A stretch of DNA of 64,000 nucleotides from Octopus bimaculoides. Its lineage: Eukaryota. Positions within the stretch are counted from its first letter, which is position 1. The number at the start of each line of letters is the position of its first letter. The position numbers and the translations under genes were made by a program. The stretch lies in assembly GCF_001194135.2 (NCBI RefSeq), contig NC_068984.1, forward strand, positions 133,078,771-133,142,770. The letters run 5' to 3'. Below the pieces are notes generated by a model. It searched no databases. It was not told where the DNA came from and saw nothing but the letters and a program-made list of their open reading frames with translations. Shown here one piece after another: positions 24,107 to 37,331 of the stretch.

Positions 24107-25074
24107 CTTCCTTCTTTTAGATAAAATTCACTTACCACTACCAGGTAAATTGAATAGTCTGCCTTTCCTAAGGTTACTGTACAGTACCTGTGATAGGATT
24201 TGAAATCTTGACCTTTTAATTAAATCAACCTCTACTCTAATCACTTCACAATCATGCATTCAGGTGAAATTCTTGTATATATTTTTTTTTCTGCTGTTTA
24301 TTTTTGCCATTAATTAAGCTTCCATTGATTTATTCCTATCCTAATTTCTTGCAAATCAAATATTCATTTGCACAAAGATAGGAATTTTAGTCTGCTTTAG
24401 TGTTTTCTCTTCTTGTTTCGCTGATGCACAGGTTCTTTTGTTGGCATCGAATGGAGTGGATACTGGCATTCAAGTTATGCAACAGGAATCAATCTGTTAA
24501 TCAAAAGTGTTATCTGAGCTCACTACATTGCATGTTGAATATCTAAAATAAGAATTGCATGCTGTGATGCATGAAGCTCGTGTGTTGATAAAAATCTATA
24601 AGATCAATAATTCATTCTGGCTCTAAATCCATGGTAACTATTTTTATTAAATTGATTTTACTAAGTAGCAAATGAGATTGGTTCAGCAAGTAAATCACTA
24701 ATAAATATTTTGGACATTATTTTGTATAGATTTCTCTGAGAACTGGTTCAAGCATTCTGTTGGTATGTCAGTATGCAGTGTGGGTTAATACTGCTTAATA
24801 CTGCTTACTGGCTTAATACTGTTACTATTGCACCTTAGTAGTTATAGAGTCAGGAGCATATGGATTGGATTGGATTGGATTACTCATGTTTAATCCACTG
24901 CAGGGCAAAAGCCTCAGCATACTCTCTCCACCAAATTCATGGCCTCTAATATGGAGGCCATGAATTTGAGCTTGAGATGGTACTGGTTTGATGAGCCATC
25001 TCTGCCATCTGGTTCAACATGGCTTGGCAGAGGGATGCAGTTTTTTTTTGTTTTTTTTTTGTTTTACTCATTCA

Positions 25075-25241
25075 CAGGAGTGGCTGTGTGGTAAGTAGCT
25101 TGCTTACCAACCACATGGTTCCGGGTTCAGTCCCGCTGCGTGGCACCTTGGGCAAGTGTCTTCTACTATAGCCTCAGGCTGACCAAAGCCTTGTGAGTGG
25201 ATTTGGTAGACGGGAACTGAAAGAAGCTCATCGTATATATG

Positions 25242-25334
<93 letters not shown>

Positions 25335-25548
25335 GTATGTGTGTGTGTCTGTGTTTGTCCCCCCACCATCGCTTGACAACCGATGCTGGTGTGTTTACGT
25401 CCCTGTAACTTAGCAGTTCGGCAAAAAGAGACTGATAGAATAAGTACTAGGCTTACAAAGAATAAGTCCTGGGGTCGATTTGCTCGCTTAAAGGCAGTGC
25501 TCTTGCATAACCACAGTCAAAATGACAAACAAGTAAAAGAGTAAAAGA
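25075..25548 (+). mobile_element. Full-length young family A CORE-SINE with long internal (TA)n
   Basis: GGAGTGGCTGTGTGGTAAGTAGC...GGTTCAGTCCC (A/B boxes), CORE-like CACCTTGGGCAAGTGTCTT, about 100-bp TA/TATG tract, tail AAGTAAAAGAG. Confidence 0.95.
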
Positions 25549-27169
25549 GAGTAATAGAAGGTTGATTTATTGCATAAAGTATACACTATATGCAAATGGA
25601 GTCTTTAGTATGAGTTAATGATTTAAGGAACTTGTCACAATATTAGCAGTTAAAAGTCAGCTTCTGCTTATGTATGATCACTTCTTAGACACCGATGGTT
25701 CTTCTTAAAGAGTAGTGTCAACAGAGGAGAAAGCCACATGAATGACTAGAGAATCATGACTGCTCTACCTAAGCTACATTTACTGGATGACTTTAGGAGC
25801 AACTGATGATACTATGGATGTGTTACATCACATGACATTCCAGTCACTAACTGTAACAAGGATTCTTTTATTGTAGTCCTAAGAAGTTCCTCTGTGTGAA
25901 ATTGATTAGAATGAATGAAATTGCATTTGCTCTAAAGAGAGACCAGCTTTTCCTCTTGGTAGTCCAGCATTGATTGGGATGACCATAAACTGGATAATCC
26001 TTAAGTTGTACATCAGATGTCTCCTTTTCCTGGATGTATGTCCTAGTCAGAAGCATAGGTTCATCACTCACACACTTATCTCACAGCATGTTTGTTCACC
26101 ATTTCAATCAAATATTTCTATTTTTCAGTACACTTACTAGACGGCCGTTGACTCTCTCTTGAGTTTCTAGCAACCCTCCTTACCAGGTGAGCCTGATATA
26201 TGTGCTGGTTTAGTTACCAGTGACCCAACCATGTAACAATTAACACTCAATAACATGTGACTTGATATAAGTTTTACTTAGTAGGATTTACTATTGATAT
26301 TAAATGGTAGATTGAGTTAGTTGCCATTTTACTTGTAATGTCTTCATATTCTGGTTTATGATTATGTATACTGATTATTACCTTTTTTGTTTCTATCTCT
26401 CCTAAATATATATATACATAACATCTTTTGGTTTATTTTGAACTCACTAACCTATATTTACAATAGAGTTTTAATGTCTCTATCCATTTTGATGCAATCC
26501 TCTGAAATAGATGTGCCAATCCTATAGAAACTGACTTGAAAGCATCAAGCTATTAAATGTCATAAATTTGCTGAAAACTATTTTCAGTTAATGATATAAA
26601 TTATATTTTCCATTAGTTACTCAAGTACTATTTCTGGTAGATTTTATTAGAAAAAAACTTTTTGCACTGACAGAGTTAATACTTATGTTTTTGCTTTTAT
26701 GATATATCCTTTTATGACATATCTTGACTTTCTTCATAGCTGTTATTCGACTATAACTTTTCTTAAATTTAATGAAGTAGGTAACATAATATTGGCTATG
26801 CAATCAGAATAGTTAAATGTCAGTATGGTCGGTGTAGTGTGCATTATCTAAGCTTCCTGAATGTTATTGGTTACCTTCAATTTATAAAGTAAACCAATTT
26901 CTTTATTTATTTTTAGAAATATTTATTGAAATAATATCTTATTCAACCATTAACCATGTTTTTATCATTTTAGAAATTTCAAATCTCAGAACAACTCATT
27001 TCTGTACTGGCTGTTGAGAATCCTTTTTTCGTTTATGTCTTCAGATAGATATGTCATGACTTTGAATTTTTATTAAGTCAAAAACAACTAAGACCTTATC
27101 CCATAAATAACAAATGTCTACATTGAGGTGATTGTGTTGATTTTGTTTAGCTCTATTTTAGCCTTGATT

Positions 27170-27425
27170 TGGCAAAGATGATGAGCTGGCAGAAACATTA
27201 GCACACCGGGCAAAATGCTTAGCAATATTTCATCTGTCTTTACGTTCTGAGTTCAAATTCTGCCGACGTTGACTTTGTCTTTCATCCTTTCGGGGTCGAT
27301 TAAATAAGTACCAGTTACACACTGGGTCGATCTAATCGACTGCCCCCCCCCCNNNNNNNNNNNNNNNNNNNNNNNNNNNNNNNNNCCTCCCCCAAGATTT
27401 CGAGCCTTGTGCCTGAAGTAGAAAA
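27170..27425 (+). mobile_element. Family B SINE spanning an N gap
   Basis: GAGCTGGCAGAAACATTAGCACACCGGGC...CTTTCATCCTTTCGGGGTCGATTAAATAAGTACC. Confidence 0.9.
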
Positions 27426-27507
27426 GAAAAGAAAGTCTGTGGTCATATGCTTTCAAGCTGAAACTCATTCTGGCTTTTGAGGATTATATTATCCAACATC
27501 CTTCCTT

Positions 27508-27680
27508 TTTAACCCTTTAGCATTTAACCTAGCTATATCCAGCCCAAATAGTCTATGTTTTATGTTCAAACTGGCTAAATCCAGCTCCTCACACCTATCT
27601 TACAATGTCATTCTAGAAATATACAATCACATCATTGAAATATCTAAGCTGCAAGATAATGTATGATTAATTCACACCAC
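27508..27680 (+). mobile_element. piggyBac-type MITE, left part
   Basis: TTAA followed by CCCTTTAGCATTTAA; right end not seen. Confidence 0.55.
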
Positions 27681-27829
27681 ATTAGAGGCTTCCTTATTGG
27701 TTGGAAAAGATGCTCAGTTTTCCAGGTTGTCACTCATTTAAGTACTCATCAGGCTCAACACTGCTCAGTCCTAGCGATCTGACAAAAACCAGTCATATAT
27801 GCATTAAAGTGCTGTAAACAAGGGTTATT

Positions 27830-28072
27830 GGTTAAAGTGCCAGTGACGCATAAAAGGTGCCCATGCTGGTGACATGTAAAAGGCACCTGTGACACATAAA
27901 AGGCACCACTACACTCTTGGAGTAGTTTGTGTTAGGAAGGGCATTCTGCCATAGAAACCAAGCCAAACCAGACTGGAGCCTGATACAATTCTCCAGCTTA
28001 CAGTTCCAGCCAAACCATTTAATCCATGCCAGCATGGAAAACAGATACTAAATGATGATGATATGATGATGA
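27830..28072 (+). mobile_element. RTE-LINE 3' UTR tail
   Basis: Sub-repeats ending (C/T)(A/G)TAAAAGG, then GTTAGGAAGGGCATTCTGCC...CATGCCAGCATGGAAAAC and (GAT)n. Confidence 0.85.
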
Positions 28073-29479
28073 TCTTCCACAAGTTTCTTAAATTCTGAAA
28101 TAGATTTGGTTATATTTGAGTCTAGAAACACAAGCATATTAACCATTTATCAGCTGTTAAATTAGGTTTTACTTGAGCACATAGTTCATGACCAGTTACA
28201 AAGTTTTAACTCAAAGCATAATTCATCACCAGTAACACAATGTACACCCAAGCCCTCTGCGACCAGAAACTGGTAATGTATCTATTAAACCTCTGTAATT
28301 CTTATCAACACTGAATGTCACCAAGGCAGTATCTTTGCAGTGTCACATTGAATCTCATGTCTTTTATATAAAATACTTTACAACTCTGTGTAGCCATGTG
28401 TTCCAACTGCCCCTACACAACCATCTTATTGATATCTAGTTAATTAAAGCAATGAAATTTCGAACTAATACAACAGTACTGTTTTTAAACTAAACTTGAT
28501 CAGCTTGAGTTCATTCCAGTGTGAAACAAGATAACGAGCAAGATTTCTAATAACTTTTGTATTCTGTTCAAATTCTTAATGAGATTATCACTTATGTCAG
28601 AATTCTGGCATACTAAAAAAAAACTCATGAATAATTAAACAGCATTATTGGTATTAACAAATAACCATCACTAGTTTGCTTATTTTATGTAGATTTGCTC
28701 ATATTTTTGCGTTTTTATATCACTTTTTCCTTGCCAATATACATTTCATAATTCTTGCAAACTTGAATGAACTGAAATATGAATTGTTGATCCTTATATT
28801 TTTGTTGTTGTTATTGCTGCTTATTCTTCCTTGGATTAATGACTTGATTGTGAAATAATTGTGACACCTGTTCTTTAAGCAGACAAATGATCAAAATAAA
28901 GTCTAGGTATAGGAGAACTATAAAATAGTTGAAGCAGAATTTAAATAATCATTATTCTAATGATAGTGACATCTGTCTGTCTGTAAACCTCCAGTTTAGT
29001 TTGTAACTCACCCTTTCTGTTACCATCTTCCTCTGTATGTATTACATATGAGCACGTGTGTGTGTGTATGTATGTATGTATGTACATAGACACATGCAAA
29101 TATATATTTCTCAATATGGTCATTAAAGACATTAAGCTGCCACTTTTGAAAATAGAAATTTTTTTCTTTTAAAAGAAAAGTTTATATTACAAAATGGGAA
29201 GAAAATTACGAATCTTCATTCTTGAAAGTTCTCCTAAGAAAACTTACAAATAAATATTCATTTTTCTGTTAAATTTAATGAATAGTTTTCTTTACAATTT
29301 TCCTAACATGTTCATACAGGGTTAGTCCTGTGTTGTTCTCAGTTGGGTTAGGGATCTATCAGCCCTTGTCAAACCATCCAACCCATGCCAGCATGGAAAA
29401 CATGTTAAATGAAGATGAAGAGGATCTTACAGGCATCACAATTGTAAAAATGTTAAATTCACTAAAAATATTCTATTCT

Positions 29480-29680
29480 TTCACTCATTTCAGTCATTTG
29501 ACTGTGGCCATGCTGGAGCAAATACTGCCTTGAAGGGTTTTAGTCGAACAAATCGGCTCCAGGGCTTACTTTTTTTTAAAGCCTAGTACTTATTCTACCA
29601 GTCTTTTTTGCCAAACCACTAAGTTATGGGGGCGTAAACACACCAACACCATTTGTCAAGCAGTGATGGGGAGACAAACA

Positions 29681-29712
<32 letters not shown>

Positions 29713-30509
29713 TACATACATATTTATGATAGGCTTCATTTAGTTTCTGTCTACCAAATCCATTCACAAGGCTTTGGTCAGCCTGAGGCTATAATAGAAG
29801 ACACATGCCCAAGGTGCCATACAGTGGGACTGTACCTGGAACCATGTGGTTTGGAAGCAAGCTTCTTACCACACAGCCACGCCTGTATACAGTATATGCA
29901 ATATTTGTGAACAAACATTGTTTGGTTGCCAAAATTTCTTGTCCATGGTTTGTTGTGTATAAAGTTGCATATAGAAATAAAAACACAAAGACTAATATGT
30001 GTTTTGCTCTGTTAGATGTTCCTTTTATTTCGATATTGCTTTGCCTTCTTTTATTTAACTCTTTGTTGAATATATATCTGTGTTCAATTGAACAATGTGT
30101 TACAAGTATTACTTATTCAAAGTTTAAAACAACAGGTCATGCACTAGTTGTAATGACGAATATAGTGATTGTGTCCTTTTATGTACGCATTTTCTACGCC
30201 TGTATGGGTTTGACAGGAGTCACAATGTCTCACCTTCTACAGTTAATTGCCACCTGGCACATACAAAGGCTAAGAAACTGATCAGTGTGTGTGTGTGTGT
30301 GTGCTCTTTATTCTTTTATTCTTTTACCTGTTTCAGTCATTTGATTGTGGTCATGCTGGAGCACCTTTAGTTGAACAAATCAACCCCCAGGGCTTATTCT
30401 TTGTAATCCTATAACTTATTCTATCAGTCTCTTTTGCTGAACCACTAAGTTATAGGGACGTAAACACACCAACATCGGTTGTCAGGCGACGGTGGTGGAG
30501 CACAAACAC

Positions 30510-30555
<46 letters not shown>

Positions 30556-30910
30556 CAGGCTTCTTTCAGGTTCCCTCTCCCAAATCCACTTACAAGGCTT
30601 TGGTCAGCCTGAGGCTATAGTAGAAGACACTTGCCCATGGTGCCATGCAGTGGGACTGAACCCGGAACCATGTGGTTGGGCAGCAAGCTTCTTATCACAC
30701 AGCCATGCCTGCACTTTTACTTTTACTTTTTTCAGTCATTTGAATGTGGCCATGCTGGAGCACCGTCTTTAGTCTAGCAAATCAACCCTGGGATTTATTC
30801 TTTATAAGCCTAGTACTTATTCTATCGGTCTCTTTTGCCGAACCGCTAAGTGACTGGGACATAAACACACCAGCATTGGTTGCCAAGCAATGCTAGGGAG
30901 ACAGACACAG

Positions 30911-30941
<31 letters not shown>

Positions 30942-31110
30942 CATATATATGACGGGCTTCTTTCAGTTTCCGTCTACCAAATCCCCTCACAAGGCTTTGG
31001 TTGGCCCGAGGCTATAGTAGAAGACACTTGCCCAAGGTGCCACACAGTGGGACTGAACCCAGAACCATGTGGTTGGTAAGCAAGCTACTTATCACACAGC
31101 CACTCCTGTA
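29480..31110 (-). mobile_element. Three family A CORE-SINEs in minus orientation
   Basis: Copies at about 29480-29885, 30315-30712 and 30725-31110, each with the reverse-complement head and an internal CA/TA tract. Confidence 0.92.
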
Positions 31111-31869
31111 AATTATTTTTTAAAGATGTGGAGTGGTGGTACACTTTTTTTGTTTTGCAGTTTAATGTACCTCTTATCACCATGGCCTGAGTGCATTTTA
31201 TCATGCAGCTGGCGCTAGAGGGATTAAATGTTGCATGACTAGTGAATCCTGTATACTCTCTATTGGCTTTCAGAGTTACTGCCCCCCATCCCCCAGACAG
31301 CTTGTCTGCATTGTAATTTATGATGTCTAACGTTTTGTATGTTCATCTTTCTGTTTAGCATGATTTTTACAGCTGAATGGCCTTCCTATCACCAACCACT
31401 TTACAGTATAAAATGGGTGAATTATGTCATGCCACCTGTATTAGAAGGGTTATATGCAATAGGTTTGAGGTGTCTCTCTCTCTACACTGTGTCAGTTCTT
31501 CTTCAGAGCTTTTGTCCTAGACAGATTGCCTACAATATAGCTTGTGGAGTTTATCCTTCACCTGATCATGTTTTTCTCTGGTGGTGGAGTGAGGCATGGC
31601 ATTTGCAGCTGAATGCTTTTAACTGGAGATGCTCCATCCTAGAGAATTTACATTTCACTATATCTTTCTGTCTGCACAAGAGCTATGTATGTATATATCT
31701 ATGTGTATGTGTCTTTGTGTCTCTGTTTACCAATACTTGGAACTGCAAAAGTTCTACATAGGGTTCTTGAAGCATGATCAATAAACAAGTGTCATCTTAG
31801 TCTGCTGGCTGTGGGCAACTGACATTCACCATCATACCCTGCAAAATAAGCTGAGAGTTTTCAAATATG

Positions 31870-32042
31870 TAGGAGTGGCTGTGTGGTAAGTAGCTTGCTT
31901 ACCAACCTCGTGGTTCCGAGTTCAGTGCCACTGCGTAGCACCTTGGGCAAGTGTTTTCTACTATAGCCTCAGGCTGACCAAAGCCTCGTGAGTGGATTTG
32001 GTAGACGGAAACTGAAAGAGGCCCATCATATATATGTATGTG

Positions 32043-32103
<61 letters not shown>

Positions 32104-32730
32104 TTCTGTATATGTTTGTGTGTCTGTGTTTGTCCCCACAACATCACTTGACAACTGTTGCTGGTGTGTTTACATCCCCATAACTTAGTGGTTCGGTAGA
32201 AGAGACTGATAGAATAAGTACTAGGCTTACAAAGAATAAGTCCTGGGGTCGATTTGCTCGACTAAAGGCAGTGCTCCAGCATGGCCACAGTCAAATGACT
32301 GAAACAAGTAAAAAGAGTAAAAAGAATAATAATAATAATAAATATAGGTGCAGGCATGGCTGTGTAGTAAGAAGCTTGCTTTCCAACTACATGGTTCTGG
32401 GTTCAAGTGTCTTCTACTATAGCTTTGGGCCAACCAAACCCTTGTGAGTGGATATGGTAGATGGAAACTGAAAGATGCCCAGCATATATATATATGTTAT
32501 ATATTTATGTGTGTGTCTTTGTGTCTGTGTTTGTCCCCACCCCCACCATCACTTGACAACCAACGTTGGCGGGTTTATGTCCCCATAATTTTGTAGCTCT
32601 GCAAAAGAGACTGATAGAATAAGTACTAGACTTACAAAGAATAAGTACTAGGATTGATTTCTTCGACTAAAAGCCGTTAAGGCAGTGCTCCAGCATGGCC
32701 GCAGTCAAATGACTGAAACGTGTAAAAGAA
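31870..32730 (+). mobile_element. Two tandem family A CORE-SINEs in plus orientation
   Basis: Copies at about 31870-32320 and 32345-32730. Confidence 0.92.
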
Positions 32731-32804
32731 TAAAATGATATATTGTTTATTGGAATTGGATCTGAAAGCCAATATTTACATGCTATTATTCATAGCATTT
32801 ATAA

Positions 32805-33020
32805 GGTGATGAGCTGACAGATTCATTAACACTGGACAAAATGCTTAGCAACGTTTCCTCTGGCTTCACATTCTGATCTCAAAATCTTCTGAGGTTGATT
32901 TTGCTTTCTCATCCTTTCAGGACTGATAAAATAAGTACCGGTCGAGTACTGGGTGTCACTGTAATTTAGTAGCTGCCCTCCTTGAAAATTTCAGGTCTTG
33001 TACCTATAGTAGAAAAAATT
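32805..33020 (+). mobile_element. Family B SINE, diverged
   Basis: GAGCTGACAGATTCATTAAC...CATCCTTTCAGGACTGATAAAATAAGTACC. Confidence 0.8.
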
Positions 33021-33739
33021 ATTTACAGTATTCATGTGCTACAAAATCCAGTTCCAAAAAAAAAAAAGAATTAATTCATGTTCTCTCGATGGTTTATAAA
33101 TTCTTATGACATCATTATGGTGCAGTCTTTTACAAGAAGAGCAGCATAAGAATTCAGAAGTGTGAAGTATATTTCAATAACAGTTTGGTTAAGGCTGCTG
33201 AAATGTTATTCATAAAAGTGAAGACTATTTATAATGAGAGTGAAAAAAAAAAAAAAAAAAAAAGGAACAGGAGAAAGGTATAAAATTATACGTTTTACAC
33301 ATTTTTTTATCTGTACTGAAATTAGCATTAATGGGTCTGCAGTATTTTCATTCTGTAGTTATCTAGATCTTTCTGCAAGTGTTTTCTCTCACAATATAGT
33401 AATGATGCTGAAATATGGTGTGCTGAATACATGACATAAACTTACACAGCATTTTTGAAAATATCTTTTGTTTCAGTGTTAGCAGATTTATAAATTTGTT
33501 TATAAATGTTTAGAAGACTCCTCTAAAGTTAATGGCATGTTGGTTAAGAATGTTTGTATGCTAATGTCTTACTCCTTAACTTTATGTGGCAATAATATAG
33601 GCTAGATAATGAAGTTAGCACTTTGCTATTTAGCCACATGATTTTATATGGCAATAGTGGAGGGTATTGGTACTGCAACTCCGAGTATACAGAGTTATAA
33701 TACTATCAATTTACCCTTATTGTTAACACATATAAAATA

Positions 33740-34232
33740 TTGGTTTCGAATTTTGGCACAAAGCCAGTAATTTCAAGGGAGCGGATGAGACAATTACATT
33801 GCCTCCAGTGCTCAGCTGCTACTTATTTTATCAATCTCCAAAAGGATGAAAGGCAAAGACAATCCCTGGCACCCAGCAACATTTGAACTCAGAAAGTAAA
33901 GATGGGCAAAATACTTATTTCTTTATTGCCCACAAGGGGCTAAACATAGAGGGGACAAACAAAGGGATTAAGTCAATTACATCGACCCCAGTGCGTAACT
34001 GGTACTTAATTTATCGACCCCCGAAAGGATGAAAGGCAGAATTTGAACTCAGAACGTATAAAGACAGACGAAATACTGCAAAGCATTTCGCCCTGCATGC
34101 TAACGTTTCTACCAGCTTGTCGCCTTATTTATTTATTTTTTTGCCTAGATGAGGTGGGGGAAAGGACAAGAAGGGCAAAATACTGCTAAGCATTTTGCCC
34201 AGCATGCGAATGATTCTGCCAGTTCACTACCT
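33740..34232 (-). mobile_element. Family B SINE nested inside another family B SINE
   Basis: 12-bp duplication GGGCAAAATACT at 33904-33915 and 34173-34184 flanks the inner copy. Confidence 0.85.
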
Positions 34233-35029
34233 TATAACATATTATGTATTATGAATGTGTGTATGGCTAAAATCTAGCATGTTGTATATTTATGTATCTT
34301 CTATGTACGTGTATCTGTATGTGTATCTTTTACTTGTTGTAGTCATTAGACTGGCCACACTGGAGTACTGCCTTGAAGTGTTTAGTTAAACAAATTGACC
34401 TGAGTACTTATTTTTTAAAGTTTGTTGCTTATCCCTTGGTCTTTTGTTGAACTGCTAAGTTACAAGAAGGTTGATAAACCACACACACATCTCAAAAGGG
34501 TCAAACGTCTGTCTTGAGCCCTAGACTCTCAAGACCAGTTTTCTGGATTCTATGATATATACGCTCACTTTTTCCACTTGAATGGATCGGAAAAGTGGGA
34601 AATGAAGTGTTTTGATCAAGAATACAATGCACTGCCCAGTCTAGGAATCAAAACCATAATCATATGATCATGAGTGCAACACCTTAACCACTAAGCCATG
34701 AGTGTGTAGGCAAATGAAGGAGGCACTCGAAACATTTAGTAGGAGTTACATATGTTATTATTTAAAACAGTTTGATTCAGCCCCATTAAGAATTCCATAG
34801 GCTTGTTACAGAAACCTAGCTCATCAAGTCCAGTGAGCTAAGTTCCTGTAATGACCCTACAAAACATTAAATTGCATGGGGCAAATAATAATAATAATAA
34901 TGGCCTATCAATGTATACAGTACGTTTCTCTGCCCTAGGTGTCAGGAAGACAGCAAGAAATGGAAACCAAATTGAAAGAAGATACTAATGAGAATAATAA
35001 TTATAACAATAATAATGATGATGATGATG

Positions 35030-35440
35030 GTTTATAATTTTGGCACCAGGTCAGAAAGTTCAGGGGAGGGATTAGTTGATTACATCAACTCCAGTACGCA
35101 ACTGGTACTTATTTCATGGACCCTGAAAGGATGAAAGGCAAAATTGATCTTGGCTGAATTTGAACTCAGAACATAAAGGCAAATGAAGCGCCACTAAGCA
35201 TTTTGCTCAGCATGCTAATGATTCAGCCAGCTTGCCACCTTAACAACAACAACAACAATAATAATAATTATACACACACCCAATGCCACACAATTTCTTT
35301 AGTTTCTACCTTCTGAATTCACTCACAAAGTATTGGTTGGCCTAGGGCTATAGTATCAGATACTTGCCCAAGGTGCTGTGCAGTGGGACTGAACTCAAAA
35401 CCACGGGATTGCAAAGCAAGCTTCTTAACTATACAACTAT
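35030..35440 (-). mobile_element. Family B SINE (35030-35240) and family A SINE head (35270-35440)
   Basis: Reverse-complement matches to both consensus heads. Confidence 0.8.
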
Positions 35441-35689
35441 GCCGCTCTGTGTATGTGTGTGTGCGCACATGCATGCATGTGTGTATGCACATGTGTATAT
35501 GTTTTATATTTATGCATGTAAATCATAGTACATACTTCAGTATGCTTTTTGATTTATAATTTAAAAAAACAAAAAAACAATGTCATTGATCTTTGCAAAC
35601 CTGCCCAGATTTTTGCAATTAATGTGATTGATATTCAGTTTGAATTTCTGTAGTTTGATGTCTGTCTGGAAAATGTGAAGAAAGAAAGA

Positions 35690-37330
35690 ATTCTAGAGGA
35701 TGACAGTACTACAGAGGACTGAGTGGTCAAAGTGTTATTCTTTGGGTTGCTATGAGGAGGAGACGAGAGACTATTAAATTTAGATACAGGTGACAGTTGG
35801 ACAAATCATCTAGGAGGGTCTCAAATCATATTGTAAAGCTATATGCTGATGTTAAGAGAAATAATATTGATTTTACTAACGTTTTCAAGAGCAAGATGTC
35901 ACTGACTTGTGTTATAGGAGGGCAGTTCAGTAGATCTAGTTCTATGGAAACCATAATGGTATGAATGAGAAAGAAGAGAGAGAGATCAGTAGCGTAGCTA
36001 GGTGGGGGACAAGGAAAGCAGTCTACTCTAGGTGATGCTTTTATGGAGGCAGCACTTTTGGGTCTGCTGTATAAGCTTGTATAGACTTGGAGTCCCAGTT
36101 AAGTAGGGGGGGGCTCAAGGGCTGCCCCTGGCAGTTCACACTCTAAGAGAAGAGTGTGGGAAGGAGAGATTCTAAATAATAACTGAGTTACTTGTTTACA
36201 AAGATATTTTATAGGCGTAAGAGTGGCTGTGTGGTAAGTAGCGTGCTTACGAACCACATGGTTCCGGGTTCAGTCCCACTGCGTGGCACCTTGGGCAAAT
36301 GTCTTCTACTATAGCCTCGGGCTGACCAAAGCCTTGTGAGTGGATTTGGTAGATAGAAACTGAAAGAAGCCCATCGTATATATGTATATACATATATATA
36401 TATATATATGTATGTGTGTATATGTATGTGTGTATATGTTTGTGTGTGTGTGTTTGTCCCCCCCAACATCGCTTGACAACCGATGCTGGTGTATTTACGT
36501 TCCCGTAACTTAGCGGTTCAGCAAAAGAGACTGATAGAATAAGTACTAAGCTTACAAAGAATAAGTCCTGGGGTCAATTTGCTTGTCTAAGGCGGTGACT
36601 GAAACAAGTAAAAGAGTAAAAGAAGACCAAAGAAATCAATGTGCTGTTCCATAGATTAGGAAATATCCTTGTAGAGAGAAAAAGACTGTAGAATTGTAAG
36701 TGGCTCCGAAGTGCACTGTTTTAGTGTTGGTACACCATCAGGACTTGTCGTTTTGTTGGGTGAGAATGATATGGGGAGTTTTATTGGCTAACCACACCCA
36801 TTTACCTGATCAACCATGATCAAGCAGGCCTATGATAAAAGGCATTCCAGGTGGCAGATGAATTTGACCATCTCATCTTTGCAGGAACTCTCTGAATACA
36901 TTGTTTGATGAGTCCTTTCTTTTTTCCTTTTAATGGTAGGGAGTGATTTCCAGTAGGTGGAGCCACTGTACATGTGCTTCTTCATTAGCTTGTGATTAAA
37001 TAAATTTTTTGCACTCAGTGACTAGGTGTATAGGTGGTGAGAGGTGGAGAAGGAGAATTTAAAGAGAGTTTTGTTGAATGCATGCAGTGTGAAGTTTACT
37101 AGCCGATCTTAAGGAATTAATTAGGAATGGCAATTAGTGGGATCCTGTAAATTAGAAGAGGTTCTCTTTCTAAGAGACCTGAAGGCCCTACAGCAATTAG
37201 GAGAGAATAATGATTGTCTTTTTTGTTGTTGCTTAAACCCCGTGCCAGGCTTGATGAAACAGACCTATAATCAAAAGTATTCCAACCATGACTCTGCCAT
37301 CTATTTTGTATCTCCAGATTTCCTAATATT
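35690..37330 (-). mobile_element. Decayed CR1-type endonuclease-region fragments interrupted by SINEs
   Basis: Remnants LIYRIP (YRxP position, about 37140) and FDHSV (SDH position, about 35720). Confidence 0.35.
36215..36625 (+). mobile_element. Near full-length young family A CORE-SINE
   Basis: High similarity to the 25075 copy across head, CORE and 3' module. Confidence 0.95.
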
Positions 37331-37331
37331 T

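Noticed and set aside
29805-30281. 158-aa ORF starting MPKVPYSGTVPGTMW
   Set aside because: Starts in a SINE head; the same peptide recurs in other SINE copies
31339-31761. 140-aa ORF
   Set aside because: Crosses an RTE-tail fragment and microsatellite; no recognisable domain or splice signals
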